Below, in pieces: positions 34,814-36,446 of a DNA stretch of 36,446 bases; position 1 is the first letter of the stretch; every line of letters begins with the position of its first letter. The translations under genes were made by a program, and so were the position numbers. The notes beneath the pieces were generated by a model. The model had not been told where the DNA came from. It ran no database searches and saw only the letters and a program-made list of their open reading frames with translations. The stretch lies in contig JAVEBF010000061.1 of assembly GCA_051941275.1 (NCBI GenBank), positions 1 through 36,446 on the forward strand, read 5' to 3'. This stretch comes from Dirinaria sp. TL-2023a (Eukaryota).

Positions 34814-36446
34814 ATGGACGCTGCAACAGCGCAGGCTCAGGCCGCATTTGCCATGTTCCCCACATGCGTCGTAAGTCATGTACTCGCTCCTCCGTTTCTG
34901 CGCAGGTCAGCTGACTGAAATCCGCAAAGCAAGCCCCAGCCGTAAAGGCCGTCATGGCCAGTGGTTGCGGTCTTGACGTACCCTGCATCTGTCAGAACGA
35001 TGTCTTCCTCACGACTCTACAGGGCGCCGTGCTCTTGGAATGCAGCCCGACAGACCAAACTAGTAATTATCTATCGCAACACCGAGCATGGCATTTTCGC
35101 TGACAGCGTTGTTTCTGCGTAGCTGCTACGTCTATGGCACGGGAGCTCTGTACTGCCGCCGTTCCCTCCCTGGAAGACAGTCAAACAACTTTAGTCATTG
35201 CATCGTTGACCGTCATCCTGACGTTCATGTTCATTTCCGTGATACTTCGGCTCGTTTCTCGATATCTTTCGGTGGCCACGTTTGGGCCCGATGACTATCT
35301 TATTGTCGTCGCTATGGTAAGTCGAGTCCATCTACTTCTGTCGGTGATGTTTGTCATTGCATCACGACGATCGCAACAGTCCCTCCCATTTGGAGGATTT
35401 TTTTCCCGAAGAATTTCTTCTACAAATTACCTGTCAATACTATGAACATTTCGAGAATACTCAAAATGTGCGAGGAGAATTTGGCCCTGTCCTAAACATG
35501 GCGGCGTTGTGGCTCTACTTTTCTCAGAGTATCGGGGATTAGAACCCCCGAGACACCGAATGATTCCAGACTTGCAGCGACACGCAAAAGCAACGGATCA
35601 ATAAACAGCAGCTTAGGATGTTTCAGGTCTTTACAATCGGTGTCGGCGTCACCTCATTCTTATGTAAGTCTCTGCAACAACAACCTACCACCTATCGCAG
35701 CTTATTCAGGATTGAATCTGCAGGCCTGCCCCACGGCCTAGGAAGGCATACGATAACGCGCAGCATCCCCGACATCATCACCTTCACCAAACTATACTAC
35801 GCCAACACAGTCCTTTTCCCCATAACAATGAGCCTGACCAAGCTATCAATGCTCTACCTCTACCGCCGAATCTTCCCATCCAGGCGCTTCATCCAGATCC
35901 TGTACATGGTCGGAGCGTTCATCGTAGTCTCGTGCATCGCGTGCGAAATCGCCATTCTCACCCTCTGTCAGCCCCTCGCGTATTTCTGGGACAAAACCAT
36001 TCCCGGCGGGCATTGCGGGAACGACAATGGGATCCTGTTTGGGGTGGCGGCGCCGAATATCATCACCGACATCGGGGTCTTGATTTTACCTTTGCCGCTC
36101 ATTTGGAGGCTGCAGATGCCGCTGTGAGTAGTTCTTTTGCCTTTTCGTCGTCACCCGTGACTCGTCTACGAGGGTCATCATCCCTTCGACCTCAAGTGGG
36201 GGTGTTTGGAGCTGGCTTCAAGAATGCTGATCATGAGGGATCCCAGATCTCGGAAACTGGCCATCATAGCCATCTTCATGCTGGGAAGCTTGTGAGTTTG
36301 ATGCGCACTCAGTCTTCGCCGAGATGGAACCTAACCCCCCAACCAGCGTCTGCGTCGCATCCATCGTCCGTCTCCCGTTCCTCGCCGAAATCAAGCAAAG
36401 TGACATAACCTGTACGCTCCCCTTTTCCTCTCTCTCGCCTCAAACC
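34814..36446 (+). CDS. CFEM-domain Pth11-like (fungal rhodopsin-family) membrane receptor, truncated by the window end
   Basis: Exons 34814-34870, 34930-35062, 35123-35316, 35627-35663, 35724-36123, 36247-36291 and 36347-36411 splice in frame. CFEM-like PTC..CGLDVPCICQN..ECS..LC. Pth11 motifs LRLVSR, GPDDYL, GLGRH, TKLSMLYLYRRIF, CQPLAYFWDK, NIITDIGVLILPLPLIWRLQM and FVCVASIVRL. Confidence 0.9.

Noticed and set aside
1..36446. Starship or other large mobile element, CRISPR array, rRNA
   Set aside because: The NLR and other accessory genes could be cargo, but no tyrosine-recombinase captain, transposase, element boundary, repeat-spacer array or rRNA sequence is visible in the window.

Overview
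Genomic DNA of a filamentous ascomycete (Pezizomycotina), judged from the short GT-AG introns with CTRAY-like branch sites and the fungal gene families present. The left ~14 kb looks like an innate-immunity block. It holds an intronless multi-pass membrane protein gene of unknown function and a giant spliced NLR (~2952 aa) that joins two ORFs of the track. The NLR has a TIR-like domain retaining a glutamate at the catalytic position, a helical NACHT_N/Goodbye-type region, a NACHT NTPase and ~1800 aa of ankyrin repeats. A convergent OTT_1508-type zinc deaminase (HAE / KPACFLC) completes the block. The middle holds a GRE2-like extended SDR reductase, a CipA/NmrA-like oxidoreductase, a cryptic mutationally destroyed Zn2Cys6 transcription-factor remnant, an atypical internally symmetric hydrophobin with a GC-AG intron, a CYP7/8-like P450 with a 6-nt microexon, and an intronless bicovalent-FAD (BBE-like) oxidase. 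The right end holds a ~870-aa protein with a C-terminal HicA-like domain, apparently interrupted by a 94-nt insertion, and a truncated CFEM/Pth11-like receptor gene. All domain calls come from reading motifs by eye and all splice models were checked by hand for reading frame; no database searches were run.
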